Assembly (NCBI RefSeq): GCF_032191835.1
Contig: NC_083243.1
Span: forward strand, 27,900,001-27,964,000
DNA from: Heteronotia binoei
Lineage: Eukaryota
Length of the DNA: 64,000 nt
Reading direction: 5' to 3'
Shown here: piece by piece, positions 58,312 to 64,000 of the stretch
How positions within the stretch are numbered: the stretch's first letter is position 1
Layout: every line of letters begins with the position of its first letter
Notes under the pieces: generated by a model
Seen by the model: the letters and a program-made list of their open reading frames with translations, nothing else
What the model was told of the DNA's origin: nothing
The model's database searches: none
Translations under genes and position numbers: made by a program

Positions 58312-60210
58312 GTTAGACATAACAAAAAACATGGTATTCCATCATTTTTATTTCTGGATCCTCTGTACCTACCACAGGCTGATAGCCAGAAATGCACAGC
58401 ATGGAATACCATTTTTTGTTAGGTCCAACCAGATCAATAAGTAGGCTTGGCTAATGCAGTCTTACAGATCTGCATAGAACTCTTTGTAGGATGTCAACAG
58501 GTGGACTGAATTCTCAGCAGAAGGATCAAGGCTGCAATCCAGCAAGCTAATTTGAGTTCTCACGCTTTGCTCATTCCAATGGAGTATTAGACCAGAGTTC
58601 AAATTAATGTTCCGATCCCATCTATGATTCAGAACTACTGTACCGGATGTAGCTGAAATGTGATGTGTCACGTAAGAAATGTTGTGAGAGTACAGACATT
58701 TACTGGACCAGCTTTTAATATATGCATAGACTTCAGATCCAATGGAAAAGAACAGCACACCTTTCCCAACAATCCATGAAATTAAAAACATACTGCAAAA
58801 GCCTTGGTGACAGAAACCAATGTTATTTTCTCCTAATCTTGTTTAAATTCCTTCTAGAAACACTGGAGTCTTCACCTATTTACTGCAGAATATTATTTAC
58901 TTTCCGACTCCAGTTTACACAAATTAAGGTGAAAAGAACTTAATAACGTGTGCAGCTATTTTGCAGGGGGCACTGGTTCCAAGGCAAGCTGAACTAATGT
59001 GTTAGTTTACAAATGAGCAGCCAGGGTATGCAATTGCTTTTTTAAAAAGAGACACACTGTTTTTGCATCTAGAGTTGGCGTTTGAATATCATGTCTATTA
59101 CAAAAAGGCCAGGCTTTGTAGACTTGCAAGGAAAATCCATTCAGGTGTGAGATTGCAAGCAACCCACATCTAGATCATCTACATACAGGGAAAATAGAGA
59201 CACACGTGAGCTTATCATAAAGTAAACTGCAGCCAAAAATCTTATCATTGGAGAGCCCATAGGTAACTGCAAAACAGAATGCACCTCAGCTGAGGTCCAA
59301 GCAGACATGATCCACAGAATGGATTTCTACCAGTCTACAGAAAAAGAATAAGGAAGAGTACATTTTTATTCCTGACCCTTCTTTACTCTAAGAAGTCCCC
59401 AAATGGCTTATAATTGCATTCCCTTCCTCTCCCCACAACAGCCACCTTGTGAGACAGGCAAGGATGAGAGCACTGAAAGAATTGTGATTGGCCCAAGGTC
59501 ACCCAATAGGCTTCATGTGGAGGAGGAGTGTGGAATCAACTCTGGTTCTGCTGATTATAATCCACCACTCTTAACAACCACACCATGCTGGCTCTCTATA
59601 GAGGGCAAACTGAACGTACAGTCACTATTCAGAACAAGGCCACACAGACAGGGAAGAGGAAGAAACCCTTCCATTTCCCCTCCACAGTTTTGCTAATAAA
59701 ATCCAGGCTCCCTGTGCTTTCACAGGGCTTTTCTTGTCGCAGGAACTCCATTGCATATTAGCCCCCCCCCCCCCCGATGCAGCCTATCCTCCTGGAGTTT
59801 ACATTAGGCCCTGTGAGCTCCTGGAGGATTGGTTACATTGGGGTGTGTGGCCTAATATGCAAATGAGTTCCTGCTACAAAAATAGCTCTCTGCATTAGCA
59901 TTTTAAAGGAAAATGGATTTCAACCACCACCATCTTTTCCCCTTTAAAATGGTAACAATGTGGGGGAGTTGAAACATGAGCAGAGAGTAAAGGGTTAATC
60001 TCCTCTCTCCTCCATCCAGACTGGTTTCAAAAAGGAGAGACTGGCAGTCTGTGGAAGTGCTTAGTTCCATGCTATAAGTCCTTACTGCAGTTTTGTTTGA
60101 ATTACACTTCTCCCATTTGAAGATCTGGTGACTTTTATTACTTAAGATTTCAACATTGATCAGTATAGGTATCTGAATGGGGTTGGGGGAGAATGTATGA
60201 TAGGTTAGAT

Positions 60211-60613
60211 CAGAGGTAGCCAAACTGTGGCTCAGGAGCCACATGTAGCTCTTTCTTGTGCAGCTCCTGAAGATCGAGGAGGAACTTAATCTTAAATCGA
60301 TGTACACAGCACTGGGACCTCAGTCAGCCTGATTTTTATGGGACATGTGTGTTTTCTTCTCCCAGGGGTGCCAAAAAATGATTCCCTAATTTTTCCCTAT
60401 GCTGGTCTTATGGGAACTGTTATTCCCAGCTTCTGTTTTTTAAAAAGTCTCCTTCTAGCATTGTTGTGTTGTAAATTGCATACATATCTGTTTTACCTTT
60501 CTGTGCAAAATATTATGAGTTTTAATAAAGACGTGTGTGCAATATTTGTCCATGTCTTGCGGCTCTCTAACATTCTCTGTGACTCTTATGTTAAGCAAGT
60601 TTGGTTACACCTG
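60211..60613. mobile_element. hAT-type non-autonomous element (related segment 2400-2687; partial 18868-19020)
   Basis: CAGAGGTAGCCAAACT...AGTTTGGTTACACCTG TIRs; TSD GGTTAGAT/TGTTAGAT. Confidence 0.82.
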
Positions 60614-62132
60614 TGTTAGATGAAGGGCTGCCACCTCTGAGTTCGGAAATGCCTGAAGATTGGGGGGAGGTGGAATCTGCAGTGGGCGGCATATAATACC
60701 ACAAAGAACATCCTCCAAAGCAGCTATTTTTCAAGGGGAACTAACGTCTGTCATCTGGAGACCAGTTGTAATTCTGCCACCTAAGAGTTGGCAACCATAT
60801 CTGTAAGAGGCACTTAGCAAGTCTGGGAGGGAGAAAGATGCATCCTTTGCTTCCAGATGCATGACAACTGGGAATAAAATCCTCATGCCACCATGTGGCA
60901 GAATGCCCTGCCCTCCTATGTTCTTCTCCACACCTGGAAGGGGTTTTCCTCCACTATCGGGTAGCTCCCCACAGCCAGCAGAGAACCAAGACCAGCCATA
61001 AACAGTTATGAAGTATTTATTAAAAAGAAAATGTTTTTACAAGCATACTTTTAGCACAATGCCAAATTGAAAAAGGATTCCAAAAGAAATGGGTAAAAAC
61101 GCAAATCTGTTTAATAATTCAGTTCTGGACCTGCTTGAGTAAAATGGTACTGTAAGACCCACAAACAGCCTAAAAACAAGATATAAAAGTAGGCACAAAT
61201 TAGACTGTACTCCCCCTCCCCTTTTCTAACTCTGACAGCAAAGCAGGTGAAGTGCTCTTTGACAAATGAAAGAGAGACCTAACAAAAGCTGCTCAGGTTT
61301 GGCAGTGACAGTTTTGAGACAGCCCCGTTAAAGAGAGAAAAGTGTCAACCTGATGCCCTGCAAAGTCGCTTATGAGACAAGGATCTGCAGCTGTCTGAGC
61401 TGTATAGATCTCTACTCCAATTACCATAAGCAGCCGCTGCAGACAGCAGCCCTTAAGAGCAACAGGGTTGCTTTAATCATATCCTGTATATTCGGAATTG
61501 CTTGTCTGCAGAAACTTTTTTTCTAAAGGAAGCACCAGCAGTAATGGCTGTCCAGTGATCATGATCTTAGTTCAATGGTGTATTTAATACATACACACAC
61601 ATCCCTCCACCTTGCCAAATTTGCACACACGTCCTGGGCGGCTCACAATCATTAAAGCCAATGTGACCGAGACCAGCAGTTTGGGTGTTACTGCTGAAAT
61701 GACTGCAAAGCTGTCCAAAAAAAAAAAATTAACATGAAAACTAACATGTGCCAGGCAGACCCCCCCCCTTCCTGAATTATAGCAGTGGAATCACCATCTC
61801 CATAGCAACAGGCTCTCAGACTATTTCAAATCAATATTCCAGCATTGCAAGAACATTGAATTAATGCAAAAATCTAGACTTGGGGATGTCTTCGAAGAAC
61901 ATTTCCAGGGACCAAACCTATGGAAACAAACCTCTGAGCCTAGAGAATAAGGAAAGCACAAATGGGCTGCGAAAGCAATGGTTGTAACCTACTACTGAGC
62001 CTGCTTCCTACTGGGAGCTATTTTTCATCTTCAGAAGGAATTGGATGACCCCTACCCAAAGGACCAAAAAATATCCGAAACACTGTATGTGGTAGGCCTT
62101 TCAACTGCAAAAAAAATTTGCCTGATAAAGAC

Positions 62133-62388
62133 CACAGATTTATACCCCACCCTTGTCCCTGAATCAGAGCCTCAGAGTGGCTTACAATCTCCTTTATCTC
62201 TTTCCCCCACAACAGACACCCTGTGAGGCGGGTGGGGCTGAGAGAGCTCTTACAGCAGCTGCCCTTTCAAGGACAACTCCTACGAGAGCTATAGCTGACC
62301 TAAGGCCATTCCAGCAGGTGCAAGTGGAGGAGTGGGGAATCAAACCCGGTTCTCCCAGATAAGAGTCCGCACACTTTACCACTACAGC
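62133..62388 (-). mobile_element. Squam3-like SINE (older relatives near 5145-5370, 18010-18190, 47440-47600 and 59395-59600)
   Basis: Reverse complement of the family sequence. Confidence 0.85.
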
Positions 62389-64000
62389 AAATGACTGGAA
62401 TGAGAAAAATAATTACAAGCATGTTCTTTTATAGACCTTAACATTTTATAAGCAATAGTACAAAGTTACTCATGCACTGCGAAAAAGGGGCATTCCTCTC
62501 CTCCCCCCTATCCCCAATTTAGGAATAAAGCACATGACCGAGAAAGTAGCATGGTGCTTGGGGAAGGGAAAGATAACCCTGAGCAAGTATTACATTTTCC
62601 GGAAAATCCAATCTCACAAACAAGGAATTCACATGCTGGCTACAGTTTCCTATGAACAACACTGGGCCAACCCTGTTAGCAGACAACTGGAAAGGTTTGC
62701 CAACTCATGACATCACTTCTGACAAGCAAGAAGTGGCCAATATCTATACGGATTCTGGAACCATGAAATCCAGGTGGAGCATTTTTATGGCAAAATTCTT
62801 AGAAGATCTAGGGACCAGGAAATCTCACCAGGAATAGATCTGGCTAATAACTCTTAAAGCAACTAATAACTCTTAAAGGTTGATGGGCCTTAGAATATTG
62901 GCCCTATTCCTTAACAGGACATGTGGCATACATCAAAATCCCAGTTAAAACCTTCCAATAATGAGTGCTTTGTTGCAACAAGAACACCACAACAAATTTG
63001 CTTTTCACATAATTCAGAGTTCTCAGCTTTCCCCTAGACAGACTTACTCAGCAATTGTGTTTGTGATGGGGTATGCCCATAATGAGAACCTTTCTACATA
63101 AGCAGCCCCTCAGTGTCTAATAGCCCCGTCATGCTTTCAACAGAGGATGTGCATTCAAGCTTGTATTCTTGCTAGGTGAAATAATGGTACACCAGCAGCA
63201 AACACAGCAAAGATTTATTAAGACAGACACTGTGGTTGGACAGTGACCCTGTATCAAGGGTCCCCAACCTTTTTCAGCCTACAGGCATCTTCGGAATTCA
63301 GATACAGGGTTGTCCTATTCACTTTTTTAAAATGCTTGGTAAGCGCTAGCAAAGGTAGCAGTGGCACCATGGCCCATTGCAATAGGATGATAAAGGAAGG
63401 GGTCTACAAAAAGAAGGAGACTATAAAACACAAGAGATTCCAGTATCAGTTCAAGCAGGGCTTCCTTCGCATATTAGGCCACACTCCCCTGATGTAGCCA
63501 ATCCTCCAAGAGCTTACAGTAGGCCCTATACTAAGAGCCCTGTAAGCTCTGGGAGGATTGGCTACATCAGGCCTAATATGCAAAGGAGTTCTTGCTACAA
63601 AAAAAAGCCCTGGGCTCAAGAGATGAGAAAGTTACTCCAGCAACATGGCAACCATTTGCAGAGTGGCAGCAAGTTGACAAGATTTGCTCTTCAAGTGCTT
63701 TGAAAACGTACAACCACTTAGTTTGCATAATCTGACCCACAAAATATCCACCTTTTTCACCTTGCATCCATCTTGAGTGGCACTGCTATTTAAAATGACT
63801 GAAACAGATTTGTGCCAATATCTCAAACTGTCTACATTTCTATATGCAAACAACCACCACCACCTTCAAAGACGGCTATTTGGAAGGTCCCCACACTTCT
63901 ATTATTCTGTAAAATGTGCAAACAGAACTATTTTGGAGAGCATTCTTTTAGAGGGAGGGAAGCTGTGTTGTGATAGATCAGCTCAGGAGTTGACCTTTAT

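Noticed and set aside
57717-58412. 231-aa minus-strand ORF and the recurring HIRPHTPDVANPP peptides
   Set aside because: These are translations of the palindromic MITE family, not a gene.
54487-64000. Upstream RCOR1 exons (SANT1 LPDKSIASLVKFYYSWKK; ELM2)
   Set aside because: Manual scan of the minus strand found no matching codons. They probably lie beyond the right edge of the window.

Overview
Vertebrate genomic DNA. The repeat content suggests a squamate, probably a gecko (inference). The window holds the 3' half of RCOR1 (CoREST) on the minus strand: six coding exons (54408-54486, 33820-34017, 28725-28802, 26189-26246, 18301-18530, 16569-16610) with canonical AG/GT boundaries and consistent phases, followed by a long putative 3' UTR. 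I found no upstream RCOR1 exons, so they probably lie right of the window. No other host gene was recognised. The introns are dense with transposable elements. The largest is a full-length (5,981 bp) but frameshifted DIRS1-type tyrosine-recombinase retrotransposon with ITRs, an internal complementary region and gag, RT/RNase H/methyltransferase-like and YR ORFs. Others are a solo LTR with TSD, CR1 LINE fragments, three SINE types, many hAT-type MITEs with 8-bp TSDs, and Penelope-like termini. Best second-look items: a minimal hammerhead ribozyme motif with an intact core, in the sense orientation of an RCOR1 intron (56067-56107); a 28S rRNA retrocopy with a 16-bp TSD inside the putative 3' UTR; an F-to-V change in the SANT2 core; and several apparently templated local insertions. 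Exon numbering and human comparisons come from my memory of RCOR1, not from a search. Repeat boundaries without TSDs are approximate.
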